This document shows, piece after piece, positions 37,261-51,027 of a DNA stretch of 64,000 bases. Source of the stretch: Botryllus schlosseri (lineage: Eukaryota). The stretch covers positions 4,898,001 through 4,962,000 of the forward strand of contig CM119384.1 of the NCBI GenBank assembly GCA_051294905.1, given 5' to 3'. A program made the position numbers and the translations under genes. Numbering within the stretch: position 1 is the stretch's first letter; the number at the start of each line of letters is the position of its first letter. The notes under the pieces were generated by a model, which worked only from the letters and a program-made list of their open reading frames with translations, ran no database searches and was not told the DNA's origin.

Positions 37261-37800
37261 TGTCACAACCTTCCCGCCGAATAAAAATGTTTTCTACTAC
37301 ACAAACTGTAACATTACAAGGATACAACATCCATAAATCTGAGATCGGGGCTCGCGAGTCACAAACACCAGAGATACGGTCCGGATGACCGGCAGACTCC
37401 GTCGGCGCTGTCGGTAAACACACTGTTCATAACTTCACGCGGACGATATGATCCAAAGCCGACGAATTAACCCTAAACTCTGCACTGCAGTCTGAGACGA
37501 TGACGATTCCCGTGGCTTCCTTCAACGTTACGCCGAGAAGTGATAATTGCTTTCCAATCCAGAATGTCGCTACTTCGGGGCCAGGACGCAAAAATTACTA
37601 CACACGAGTCAGCGCGCTGCGCGCTCTCTCGAAATGGGTACGAACCGGAAATGCTAGAAGGAGAATCTGCGGTGATCGCCCGATAGTTCACTCCACTTGC
37701 ACTTGTTAAAGTTTCTCGCCTCAACAAAGCACCGCGATTGGAATTAGGCGATGCTTAGTTACCAATTACTGAAGAACGGAGGGCATTATTTAGCCTATTA
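37261..37800 (-). promoter_or_regulatory. Candidate FoxP promoter/5' non-coding exon
   Basis: CpG-rich, repeat-free stretch, possible donor CAG|GTATAG near 37260, two CCAAT boxes near 37737 and 37763; positional inference only. Confidence 0.3.
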
Positions 37801-39031
37801 CACCCACACGACGCCAATCCCGTGAAAATGACTTTATTTCGAGAGCGCTGACCACATCCTAGGACCTAGAATACTTTCGATGCTATCTATATTCGCAAGG
37901 ACATAGTAGAACCTGTCTGGCATTGTTTTTTTTTTTCTCTTTTACGACAATAATCTCGCTGTACACGCACGCACTGGTGCGTTCAAGAGTCGTATAAACC
38001 CCATATAAAACTAATACCGACAAAGGGCTTGAACTGTCAAAGATATAGGACGTGACGTACTCCGCTCATGCATATTACACACCGTTACATACGCAACATA
38101 ACAAATTAGGCGCGGTAATTCGTTTGAAAGACGGTACTAATTCTGTTGAACAAGGGGAATTAATTACGCATCGGAGCCGGTTCCTACCCGTAAGCTCTTC
38201 GGTACATACTCGAGCGAGTTCGTGATTTTAAGGCCTGCGCGCGTATTTACTGTTATGGCCCAATTACTATAAACACAGAATCATGGTTGGAGAGCTATTA
38301 CTAAACAATTTTAATCGCGCGGTTTCGCGTGTAATTCGAAGGTTTGGACAGATTGGGACTGCACACTGCACAATGTGTGTGCACAGTGAACCCAGAAATT
38401 GGGTAGTTATCGGGACCAACATGACAAGAAATCAGTTCTATTTCAAAATTATAAGGTTACAATAAAAATTGCTAACGTGTCAACTGTCAATCCCGACTTA
38501 TCAAACAGAGGCATTCAGACTCGCAAGTTAATTTATCGGAAAATGGACTGGAAAATACATTTTGCAGGCATGAGAAAGATATAATAAAGGTTCTCTTGTG
38601 CCTAAATTTTGAATGGTGGGCATTGGGCAATGAAGGTATGGAACCGGGACAATATCTCACTGTTGGAAATTCTCGCCATTTACAATTATGGTTTCGGCTA
38701 CGTCAGTGTCAACAGTTGTTTTAGATTGCATACCAATGGATCATGTCACACGCACTCGCTCATTACTCCACTCTAAATATTAGAAACGTATCTTGCGATT
38801 GTACTTATGGAAATTTAAGTTGTTGTGACCCATAACGGACGATGCTTCCATTCGGTCATCAATTCGCGTTGTAAATATATCTATCACCGACATAGACTAA
38901 TAAGATTCTTTGAAGCTCCATTCCAATGATGATGAATACTATATTGGAGCGATAGCGCTTAGCCGGTATGTAGCTTATTATCTCTCGGCACTCTGGTGCG
39001 TCTTGTGGCATTTATCAAGCGTAGTCCATAC

Positions 39032-39060
39032 CATGGCCTACTAGTTTTTAGTAGGCCATG
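39032..39060. mobile_element. P-element-like excision footprint (29 bp), TSD TCCATAC
   Basis: TCCATAC-CATGGCCTACTAGTTTTTAGTAGGCCATG-TCCATAC. Confidence 0.8.
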
Positions 39061-40534
39061 TCCATACCGAAAATTGTCAAAGAAAGGTTTCGGAATTGCA
39101 GCTCTCTCATTTCGACTAAGCAGCCTTATGACAGTCAATTTGGAATCGTTTCTCAATGCGAGCTGATACATATGACCGCTTTGCTTCGTTATCTGCTACG
39201 GTAGCGTCGGGTTGCAACGGCTATCTCTGCATATTGCGCGACTATCATCTGACTCCACTATGTACTTAATGAACCCTGCCTGAGTGGGAATGCTAGTTTT
39301 GTAGCGGAACGTTATCAGTAGATCAGCTCTGATTTGAATTCTACTATAATTCGTTATTAGAAATGGAATTGTGTTGTAGATTTTCGAATATCAGAACTAG
39401 CTCACTAACGAGGCATTACAACTTGTGTCATGGATAACGTTTTGGATAACTAAGGTCCCTGATATCCATCAAATTGATACAGCGCTTTAAAATCTACACC
39501 TGAGCTACTATGAAGAGTCCGTATGAATATTAATATCGGTATAGTTTGCTCTACGAATTTCACATTATAGCTTTTCATATCATTTTCGCCCAATATTCTG
39601 ATTCCCTACATGGTGGCGTCATCAATCTCACGCGACATAGACTACACGTGTTGCAAACGCTGTATCAGACAACTTAACCAGCTTCGGCTGACGCGATACG
39701 GACTCATATGATTCGGCAAGTTTTGCAGCTTTAAACATTCACGTTTTGCATAGCACCGAGTCATCGAAGTCGCAGCGTACAAACAACGTTGCGATTCACA
39801 ATGCATACAAGGAAGAACGTTTACAAATTGGGAAATATGATAGCCGTTCACGGGTTGAAAAACAATGACATGTCAGCCATCGTCTTGACATCGACGAATT
39901 CCCATATTAGCGGAAGCTATTATAATCAAATGATGGATTGCGGCAGAACTTCCCGGGACATTCGCATCGCGAAAATATCGAGGCTGCGCTCAAAAACCGG
40001 TCGTGTATGAGTTTTGACAAGGGCTAATTTATTGTTCCCGATGTTTCACGTTTTTTTTTTTGAGCTAACGTTAGCGGTGGCGTATTACGTCATGTATTAA
40101 GCGGTGTGAGGTATAATCAAGTCACATAGCTTGCGCACCGATTATAAACATTGAATAGTACATTGATGGGTTGCATATTCGCGCACCGTGACTAATTAGT
40201 CCTAGTTGGGGTTAAGACTTGAAGATGCAACTGTGCATTGCTTTGCTGATCCTCGCAGTAGGACATAATATCAGTAGATTTCATTTGCTGGAGAGCTGAT
40301 GAAAATTTACTCGGACTACGCTATTGTTGACAAATACTGCGACAATTGAATAGTATATTCAGATTGAAATAGACTCGCATATTTTCGGCTGCCACTCGTC
40401 AAGGGGTCATCGTCAGCAACTAGTAGAGAATCGGAAAGAACGTAGCATGTCAACAATCGTATCGCCAAAAATACTGGTACACATAAAAAACAAGATTCCG
40501 TAATTCAGGGGGTTGGGATAAACACGGCGGTGAC

Positions 40535-40908
40535 TAGGATTGCATTTAAAACAAAGATGTTTTAAACAAATGCCGTTTAAAAAAAATAATGTTTATTTTA
40601 AATTCGTATAATTGTGTAAATACTTTCCAAAAATATGCTGTATGAGCCTATGGACGATTACCACCCGATATAGCCAACGTATACCATATGGGATTTTTGA
40701 AACCCTCAAAATAGTCGGTTTTACAACTATGGTACGTAGATATTTCGTCAACGGAGCTATATTTGCCCTATATTTTCAATTGTCAAAGCCAATCCATTAT
40801 GACGTCACAATTGAACATTCGTGACGTCATGGCTTTAAAAAAATGTTTTAAAAAAGGGCCTTGTTTTGAACATGCTTGTTTTAAATTGATTTTTTAAATG
40901 CAACCCTA
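40535..40908. mobile_element. hAT-type MITE, TSD GCGGTGAC
   Basis: TIR TAGGATTGCATTTAAAA / TTTTAAATGCAACCCTA; perfect 8-bp TSD. Confidence 0.88.
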
Positions 40909-41979
40909 GCGGTGACGCTCTTAAATTGTGAACGTTTGTAGCATTGCAATTTAATCGTGACATCATGTTTTTGTTAAAAACTCTTTTTTTTTTTTTTTTT
41001 TATGACTACACAACTGGACAGTGGACACAAGGGACCAGACTCGCTCCTCGGCACTTTATAATTATTTACACCCGTAGCAGAAAGTCTATACACACGGATT
41101 TTATGCGCCTTAAAATTAGTCACGATCAAGGAAAAATCCGCGTCCCATTTGGCTGCTGCCAATCACCCGCAATGCCTCTGTACATTTCAAAACACAAATG
41201 AGAGAAGCGTCTTTAAAAACGTCATTAAAAGTCAACACAAATTCGCAGCCGCTGCATAGGTCAATCAAAAATCCCCCTGCTTATTTGTCAGGCAGTAAAT
41301 CGCATTTTCTGGCAAATACCAAAAAGTTTACAAATCGATGAAGGAAAGCCGAATTTGTGACAAGCCGAGAAACGATTCAATTCCCTAGTGGCTAACTGAG
41401 ATTTCGCTACAGCGAACTATTACAAAATCGCGACATTGTCTCGCGTGTAAATTTTCCTGGGGCTTCGCGTCGGCGTATGCAAATCATTTTCCATCTCCTC
41501 GTAAAATATCGATTTTCCACTAACTGGCAACAAAACATGACAGGATCATCAAAATGACTCGGATAAGCACTTGAAGCGTGAAAAATCGCGCTGTTTTGTC
41601 ACATTAGAGTTATATTCGTTCCGGATCGAAGTCCGTGATTGATATTCTCAAGCGAGGCCATTACCGCAAAAGTCCTAGTCGGCGTCTGCCCGACATCTAG
41701 CGATCGTAGTAAAACACGTGGTCCGTTAAATACCGATCTGACCGGCATACTTCAGCCGGCAATATAAACTGAATAGTGGATATGTTTACTAGATTTCATT
41801 GCCATAAAATGAGAAACATAATCATAAAAACTTGCAATACTGTTATTAAATGATTAGATATAAGTACAAAACACACAAATATCGAGCTAACATTTGATTT
41901 CTGAGTTTCAGTTTTTTGTTTGTTTGTAATTTTATTCCTTCAAAACGCCACAAGATTGAAGTCAGACACCCACCTGGGC

Positions 41980-42220
41980 CTATGGGTTCTTAACCAGGGG
42001 TTCGTGGACCCCTTTGGGGTACGAAGCGCCATATTAGGGGGTACGAGATGCATTGCGGAATTAGGCCTATATATGTTATCTAATCGCTACCCGCTATCTC
42101 ATGTCAATGGTATTTTTTATTGTGATATCGGTACCATCAGAAGTTGAATATGGACAGGGAGTACCATAAATTTTATTGAAAGCTCAAGGGGTATGAGCAC
42201 TAAAAGGGTTAAGAAACACT
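41980..42220. mobile_element. Degenerate Charlie-like MITE
   Basis: Ends GGTTCTTAACC... / ...GGTTAAGAAACACTG with GGGGTAC subterminal motifs; no TSD found. Confidence 0.6.
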
Positions 42221-43349
42221 GACCTCGACGACGTAAATAGAAAGCATGTACATGTACATTGTACAGTGCACACAAGCACAATTTATCAAGTTCCATTGGA
42301 AACTATACGATTTAATCGCAAAAAAAATCGATTTACCGGAGCTACACTTCGTCACCATCTGCTGCGAACTATCCACAAAAACACGAAAATAGCAAAACCT
42401 GCCTATGCGCTGCCAGATCTATCGGTGCTTACAGCACGACAATGTCAGCATTGTAAGGAATAACGGACAGCATCTCATCACAAACATTTCAAACGAGAGT
42501 ATGCGACGCAAGGGGTATGTTGTGTTTGCATTACACACTCGCCATAATATGAAGACAACTGACAACAGCGACAGCGGCGCGTCTACACCTTTCATCCGTT
42601 CCACTGTCTTCGCCGCGAATAAAATCCCGCTGTTTACCGTGGCAATAAAGACGGCTGTGCGCAATAAAATGAGAAAGGAAGTCGGCCAAGATAGGACGCT
42701 GTTTCCCTTAAATAATACAAAGCAGTCCAACGAAACAAACAAATGCATGTAAACACACTGCGCTATTAACTGTGTTGGCATCCTATTGAGTAACTGGCAA
42801 CAGCCGCGGGTCGGCAAAATGCCATTTGCCACCGTAACCTTCCACATGGTTCGTTCGATAAGTAAATGGTGAAGTCATTGTGTCTTTCACGTACGCGCAA
42901 GTATCGCTAATCGCTCTTTAAGATATGTATTCAACCTACCACATTATTATCATACTCGTCGAATTAAATGTATTATCCATCACATATTTACTCGTGACTG
43001 CGTTAATGTTTGCTTAGAGAGCTGACAAATTCAGAAAGTCGGTCAGCGCTTTTGATAGCGATCCATTTTCTATATGGCGGACCCTACTGGCCATACAGGA
43101 TCATACTTTTATATGTGGAGAAATGTCACACGTACAAAGAGAGATCGTTGAATCAATACCGCGTAGAGATGGAAGTTTGTCGTAGGAAAGCTTCCATTGT
43201 GCCCGCGATGACATTATTTATTTATAAACACTTATTTGGTAAAAGAAGAACGTTGTCTCTTTGTGTAAACGCGCCATAATCTTATGAGAAAGTTATGGTT
43301 CACGGAATGCTTCAGGAGTGAACCCTTCGACACTGGAAATTACGGGTAG

Positions 43350-44420
43350 ATCATTATCTAATTCGTAAAGCGTCCTAAAATCAAAATGTCCTGATTGCTT
43401 TGTACCATTTCGTGTCACAATTTCGAAATTAATTATCCCAGAATATCTTCATTGTAGCTTTTTATACTGCTGAAACAAGCCTATGTGCAGCATTAAATGC
43501 TGCGGTTTGATAAACATCAAATTTAGAAGCGGGTATATGTTTACTTCCTTACTACATATCGACATTATTTTCCAACATGCGGTACAAACCCAGTCTTGAC
43601 AAGCTGCCAAGCTTTAAATTACCCATAGACGGGCGATCATTCCGAACAATCGGGTGAAAGGCGTTTAAACGGATCAGTGCAAGTCCAAAATCACTCCGCG
43701 GTAATACCAAGGCAACGTTTTGTCCCGTACAACGCCTAGTTCGCAAACAATTCGATAAACATACAACCCGCTAATATCAACAACGTCAGGGATATGCTTC
43801 TGTCAGCGCAGCGTGTCGTATGCCTCACTGGTGTTCTTCAAATTTTGAATTGCAATAAAACTCTCCCACCACTTCCGTTATACAGCGATATACTAATGGG
43901 ACCAAGTAGGTCTTCTTGTAACACAACTCCACTTCAACTTATGTAATTAATATGGGGAGATCTGGACCATCAACCCACATGCCCCAAAGCCACCGTGTGA
44001 TATGACCAGATTGACCACTCGGCACCACAAATTGGAGGGCGCACGTTGCACAATTTAATCAGAAATGAGCAATGCATGCGTCATTCGAAAATTATAATGT
44101 CACCCGTATACGAATGTAGATTTATAAATGAGGAGATCTCTGCGACTCGACGATCGAAGCAACAATTCGTGCGAAATAAACTCCAAGGTATCCAAACATT
44201 ATTTTCCGAACTCTTTGTATGTACTTATGTCCTCCACTGTGAGGAGCATTGCATTCATAAACAGCAGTGAAGCCGAGGAGTATTCGGTAAACCGCTCTCA
44301 TTCATAACCTTAATTTCGTCAATAACGAGCTGACATACTCCATAATGCAATCATACATACCGTACTTTCCTAAGCTTCCCGTTTGCGCATATAACGTGAT
44401 GATACGTGGTGGTTAAGTGT
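43350..44420 (-). mobile_element. Highly decayed L2/CR1-like LINE reverse-transcriptase fragment
   Basis: Ordered, frame-broken RT-like motifs SGVVLQEDLLGPISISLYN (~43933-43878), CLGITAE (~43714-43694), FNAAHRLV (~43497-43474). Confidence 0.35.
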
Positions 44421-45296
44421 CGCCTTGCTTACATTCAGATGCTATTCTTCCAAGTTCGACGGCAATTTCGTACAGATATAATATAAATAAGATTGCTGAT
44501 GCTTAACTAATCTTTTCAGGCATTCGTAGGGTGGCAATAACTAAAGTTCCGAAACGTGAAATCTACACTGGGCGCAACCGCATTTACAAAATACGAGACA
44601 CCAATAACTCATCCCATAGAAGCACGAGTACGGCTCGCTATCATATATACAGCATGTTCGGTATGGTGATCAGTTGACAAACAAATATCCTCACCAAACA
44701 CTCGGTCGACTACTTGAACCCCGTGTTTATTTTTGCGGTCTCTCGACGACGCATGGTCAACAAATGCTAAGATAGAAAGAAATGAGATTGTCACTGAGGA
44801 GTGCTCGGGAGAGTGCCCCAATTATCAACACTCGAGCAATGCTATGAATATACGCATCCACATAGAAGCAGGCATATATTCACATAAACATATTACAGGT
44901 ATAGTGGCTGCATTACATAAACCGTGAACTGAGTAAATTGCATTGGAGTTCGCCGCAGTGAATGCGACTCAGAGATAGAAGCGGGGCTTCTTTATTGGCC
45001 CCAAACGTAACGGTTGATATTGACCTTATTTGAGGATTTCATTTGACATTCAGCCCGGAAATGCCATAGACGTGACCGTGTGTCTGTATACGTATATGAG
45101 CCACATTAACCGGGTACTACATATATATCTTTGAACAATTCCGTTCATCCCCATCAGAAGCAACCGAACAAATATATACGCTGTATATTTTACAATTTAC
45201 CTGAACCAAATGGTAAAACCGTGAACACTGAACATGACGCCGGTAGAATAAGCTGAGGTATAATTAGCTGCACAGCGCCACATGGCCAAGTAGAAA

Positions 45297-45300
<4 letters not shown>

Positions 45301-45328
<28 letters not shown>

Positions 45329-45340
45329 TCTCTCTCTCTC
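45301..45340. repeat. (CT)n microsatellite
   Basis: Directly visible. Confidence 0.95.
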
Positions 45341-45857
45341 ACGGAAAATAACTATAATTGCTAAAACAGGTGAACAGTAAAATAATGTGCCTCTTTCTAT
45401 ATGAGATATGGAAGCACTCGACAACTAACTTAATCGCGTATTAAAATCTGTGTCACAATAATGTTCAGCCTCAGCCGTCGTTACTGCCTCTGCCTGAACA
45501 GTACTGCCACTACATATGGTCACTACTCATTGTCTGGGACAATTGCATTATACTTGACGACTGTGTCGACAACAGTTACGAATAAACAGTTCAGCGCAGA
45601 CTACACAATGGTCATTACAGCTGCACTCCATGTATGGAGAGAATCAATAATGGTGGAAAATCAATGAATTCATCTTGCACAAAATTTGTATCGTCGATTA
45701 GCCCATCACGGGATTCGACCCGGTTGAAGTCCGAAACAATTTCCAACGTTGTGCTTTCCGTTCTCCGACACAACATTTACAACAAATCTCCACATCGTGG
45801 ATAGGCTACATATAGGCTGCGCTAGAATAAGTACGTGTAGCTCTGTAGCATATAGAA

Positions 45858-46666
45858 CAGGGGTGTCAAACTCAAATTTTGATCGCTCACGGGCCGCACC
45901 AGCCAAATGATGCAAAAATGTAACCTCCAAATCCAGACGTTTTTTTTGGGGGGGGGATGACTCAGTATGAAGGCTAATAAATAGTATATAATATCACGGA
46001 TTATAGGGCCACTATTCTGGCAGCATCTGTATTCGCAAATAACGGAAGTGCCAGAAAATGCGGTTAGAGAGCGATTGCGTACAATACGCAGGTATAAACC
46101 GCTAAAACAGTAGCTCCAACGTGCCTGTCACGACGACATAAACTGACATATTTGCATGCCCCCACACTACCCAAACCCTCGTTTTGGTCGTGCCCCGGCG
46201 TTGTCCCCGAGTATGTGTTGCGACTAAGACAAGAGACTAACTGTAAATGCGAACGCTGGAATTTCGTGCGTTATTATTTCATCCTCGTCCGGGATTCTAC
46301 AGAAGCATAAATATTTCCATTGTATTCTTTGTGTAACCATCATATTATCCACGTAACTTGCTTAGAACGGCTTTTCATTGCCGTTTTAACCCCTATTAAT
46401 TATGCGTTTTCGTCCATTTTCGAGGAGACTCAGAACTGAGTGTGGACTTTTTTCATCTTCCGAGAGTTTCGTGACGATTTCACCGACTTGGTACTAATGG
46501 TGATTCACAGTGAAAACGCAACGTTGGCAATAGTTCCAATGTGACAAATATGACATTATTAACAAAAATGTCCTAAAATGTTATAGAAATACAAGTATTC
46601 TTTCATTTACTTCGAATTGCTTCGCGGGTCGGATGCGGCCCGCGTGCCGTATGTATGACACCGCTG
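45858..46666. mobile_element. hAT-Charlie-type non-autonomous element
   Basis: TIR CAGGGGTGTCAAAC / GTATGACACCGCTG; flanks ATATAGAA/ATATAAAA; GCGGCCCGC subterminal motifs. Confidence 0.82.
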
Positions 46667-49310
46667 ATATAAAACGATAATAGCTGGTCCGTTTTTCTAC
46701 ATCTCACAAAGACACAGGTCGAACAGTTTTTGCGGTCATGTCAACGCACTTAGGCTAACAACGACCTCCAAGCAGCATCTTGGCATTTCAGTGAGAGCTC
46801 ATTGGTCAGAAATAAAGTAAATTCCATGAACTTACACTAATTACTCGGGTCATCTTGTTTCGTGGCTGTTCCGACTTGTATTTCAATAGATCTTGGAGTC
46901 GAATTTGTAACTTTTTACATTTCAAATTAGTAGATTATAGAATCAAATGTGTGGCTTCATTAGTAATTCGCCATATATGCCATGCAGTAATATTATCGAC
47001 CTCCAATATTATCATAACCGAGTGATATGGACATGGACTATAGAAAATGCAAGTATATGCTACTGTAGCCTACATTGTACAACAGCTCTTCTATTCATTA
47101 TGCGTATATCAGGATTATGCTCTTGCAATTGTGATGTCTGTGGCGGGCTATACATTGACGAATAAGTATCAGTGATGCATTGTTCTGACTTCTCAGTATC
47201 GAGTTTTTCAAGCATCTTAGTCTTCTACTTGCAAGAGCTCTCGGAAGTTATGGAATAATTCCAGTATTGCAATACTTTCGTGGTCAATGATCCTTGGTTC
47301 TGGTTGGTTTATTTGTGATACGCTTTTGATCATGTCTGTTCCGCTGTACAGCCCATATAGCCATTCGAGATAGTAGCCAAGATTTGGGTCTTCTTGTTCT
47401 TTGCACCTGACATGCATGATAAACTCTAGCAGTACGCAACGTTTGAAACACCCCGCGGGCACAGGGAAGCGAGTGGCGCAGTTGGTTAAACACTGCAGTC
47501 ACGACATCGATGGTTGATGTTTCGAGCCTCGGCTCTGCCATGTTTCTATGTGTCGGAGATTAATCTGGGCACCTCATCGCCGATCCCGCTGTAAATACAG
47601 CGCCTCGAAAGAAGGGAGAGCCTAACTCTGGAAATATGACAGCTAAAGACCAGGAAAACGAAGCAAGCACGCGAAAGACCTTGTATTAATGCAAGTCATG
47701 TGCTGGGCGCAAATATGTTGTGAATAAAACAAACAAAACCCCGTGGGCATTTTCACGATAACGTACATCCGTCGTAACATGGACTACATTGCAAGCGTAA
47801 TGTCTCAACCACCGTATAACCGGCGAATAGCAAACATCAGTCAACGAGTTTTATGCCGTTGTCAAATGCCTTCACTACCAAGCACTCGCATAAATAAGAG
47901 AACACCTATGGAGCTGGACACCGCCCCATCTACTCCCTCGCGATCAGAGATGTTTTTAGATGTTGAAGCTAATACGCGCACCAGTAAATTCGAATTAGCA
48001 TACCTACGAAACAAATGAAATGATGCTTGTGGTAAAATTTATATATAGACCTAGATCTAATCTTTGTATACTTTCTGACTTGTGCATTAGGCCTATAGGA
48101 TTAATCGACTCGATCATGACAACTCAATTCCGCGTTGTTCCGCCCTTGAATGCTAACAATCCAATCCAACCTCTTTTGAGGTAGGTACACAGGTCTCAAT
48201 GTCATAGCAAATCCCAATAGCTTGCTCTTTGTCAAGTGTCATCATTGTTCCAGACCACACCGGATGCGTATCTCCACAAATTTTGTTTTCTCACAACATT
48301 ACCGCATAGCGTGTGTATACATGGTAAATGGTGACGAGTGACTGGTTCTACGCTATCATCGCTACAAAAACAACAATAAAAACAACAACTATGAAAATTA
48401 ATTGAACAATAATACCATGAACCAACATAGAATCGGCTGTTGCCCCAACGAAAATATTTTGTTTATTAATGACAATAGAAAGAAGGAAGGAATACGTGCA
48501 CTACCAGAGATACGCTGATAACATGGTTATGTTTACACAGCGTACACCAATAGCATCATTTTGTTCTCTTTTGCAAATAAATATATTGATCAATGGTGGA
48601 CCTTTGACGCCTTCACGTGAACCCGCGGTGATGTATCTTTCAGCGCCTGCTTAATCAATAGCCACATAAAGTGATCGCAAAATGCATTGGAGCTTAGCGT
48701 AGGTCCAGGACGTGGATTTGAAAACAGGTTTCACCATGTTTGCCGTATACGCGATTACGCATAGGATTTGGATTCGCGATGTTTGCGTAGTGTGTACTAT
48801 ACACGGATTAAAGGATTTGGAATTGGCTCAAATGTCCGAGCTGTACTTTAAAATGAGTTTGAGTCATCACCGGATACAATCCATCTATCCGATTGATGGA
48901 CGTGAGACTGTGGGAGTTACAATATAGGGTTGCCATACGTCCGGAATTTCCCGGACATGTCCGGAATTTCACTGTTCAAACTATCGTCCGGGAGGAATTT
49001 CTAAAATATGCCAAATGTCCGGAATTTTGAAGACTTGACGTAGGTTCCTAATTTTTTCGTAAATCAGCATACAAACAATATTTTTTGGGAATATTTGTGC
49101 TTATGCATGATATTTTTCTTCGCGCTGCGCGCGATTTACTATAACATTCATTGATTTTATTATGGAGACTACCACCCTCGCAAGAACCGCAATAAAATAT
49201 AAATAAAAACAACCTTCATTTACTGGAATAAGCCTAATTGTAACCGCAATTATAGGAGAACGGTATATTCCTAGAGATCGTTAAAACCGTTTAGATGCTT
49301 TATTCAAAGA

Positions 49311-49518
49311 TAGTGGTTCCAAACGGAGGGGGGCGTCCGCCTTTATTCTAGGGTTTGCGAATATGTTGAATGTAATCAGCTTCCAAAATAGCCCGTGAGT
49401 AAGTCTGGGCAAAGGTGCTGACTTCTTTTAGTAATCAGCTCGTTAAATTTTGATCAGGGCCACGGAACATTTTCAAATTGGAGATGGAGTCGCGACCATA
49501 AAAGGTTTGAAACCACTG
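49311..49518. mobile_element. Short Charlie-like MITE nested in 48925-51240
   Basis: TAGTGGTTCCAAAC / GTTTGAAACCACTG ends; TSD not evident. Confidence 0.6.
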
Positions 49519-49841
49519 GATGTTGGGTGTTTATAAAGCTCCGTGGTGCGCACCGGCATAAAGCTGATAAACAATGTTATAGGTGGGACATGAACGTGAC
49601 TTAACCATGTGCAATTACGCTCCCTGTATTTTCGAACTCATCAAGTCATCATCCTCCACCAGTTCTAACGCTAACTCTGATCATGTGGGCGGAGAGCAGT
49701 AGCTATATATTAATATATGTAACGACCAATATTATTGACATAATTCATTCAAATAATTTAACGACCAGATGCATATATGAACCAGATTCATATAGCAAGC
49801 CCCCCCCCCCTCCTCCAGAAGTTGCATCGATTACTCTATAG

Positions 49842-51027
49842 CAGGGGTTCTCAACCCGCGGCCCGCAGACGCTTTTTCTGTGGCCCGCGAGATCTTTCAA
49901 TATGATCGCAATTACTACCGGCCCAGTATTGTCGCATACGGTATCAATTTAGCTACTAAAGCTCTCTTATCGCTCCGTCTCTGTTTCGTTTGATTTATTC
50001 TCATTCTTCAATGTTTTCTGGTTTATTGATATATGGTTGAGTTTGGATTCTTATTGTTCTGAATAGGTCTTCGGACAGCTCCATCTCGAGTTACACATAT
50101 CACCTGATCTTAGCAAAAAGCGTTGCTAGCTAGGTCTTAGGCTAAGCAATCCATATTTTGAGGCATTGTTGAGATTGCCGGCGACGTTAAAAACGCATGG
50201 TTCAAAATTGCTTGATATATCGCTAATCCCATGAAATCTTAGACAAAGGTGTTTCTCCAACAAAACGTTACTATACTGTGCGAATCTCCGCTGTTTCCGG
50301 AATTTAGCAGCAAGTAAAACTTCCCCTAACAAATTTCGAAGCTGCAGTTGTCTGATTCAGCTGTGACAAGAAGATTAACAGCAATGTCAGTTAATCTTTT
50401 GTTGAATGTTTTGCCCCGTTGACTACTTTAACCTAGCATTGGACGAAATCTACGGACATTGCAACGCTAATTGTATTGGGTTATTCTATCAGAGTGGATA
50501 TATTTGTACAAGTAATGCTGGCTGGGCAAACGTGGGGAGAGGGGACTAGCAAACAACATCAACTTATCAAAGCTGACTTCTGTACTTATTGGTGTCGGGC
50601 ATCAGCCATGGAAGGAAAGGAGAATGGTTTATTGGTTTGCTCAGAAATTACCCCGGACATGAGTCTTCTTCTCATATCACTGAGAGCCCAAAGTTACCGT
50701 AGTTTTATACTTGCTCGCTCACGCATTGAAACAGAGAGTTCAGTTCTCTGGTGCAAGGGTTTGAAGGTGCACATACCGATTTGGGAACGAATGGAATGCA
50801 CGCTTCATGAAGGGATTTGCTTGTTCCGTCGGAAGATGACACAATCTCACTAGAAACAGCAACTGAAAGCTTACGAACGCTGTCCATTATGCTGTAGAAT
50901 GCATACAAACTATTAGCCTAGATATAATAGTATACTCCAAAAATATACGGTAATAATGTTCTGCGGCCCGCAGCGCTTTTTGCTGTTAAAATGCGGCCCG
51001 TTACGCAAGGAAAGTTGAGAACCCCTG
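49842..51027. mobile_element. hAT-Charlie-type internally deleted element, TSD CTCTATAG
   Basis: TIR CAGGGGTTCTCAAC / GTTGAGAACCCCTG; perfect 8-bp TSD; no intact transposase ORF. Confidence 0.92.

Noticed and set aside
47217-47462. Protein-like ORF (DPNLGYYLEWLY...)
   Set aside because: No recognisable family, splice signals or neighbouring exons.
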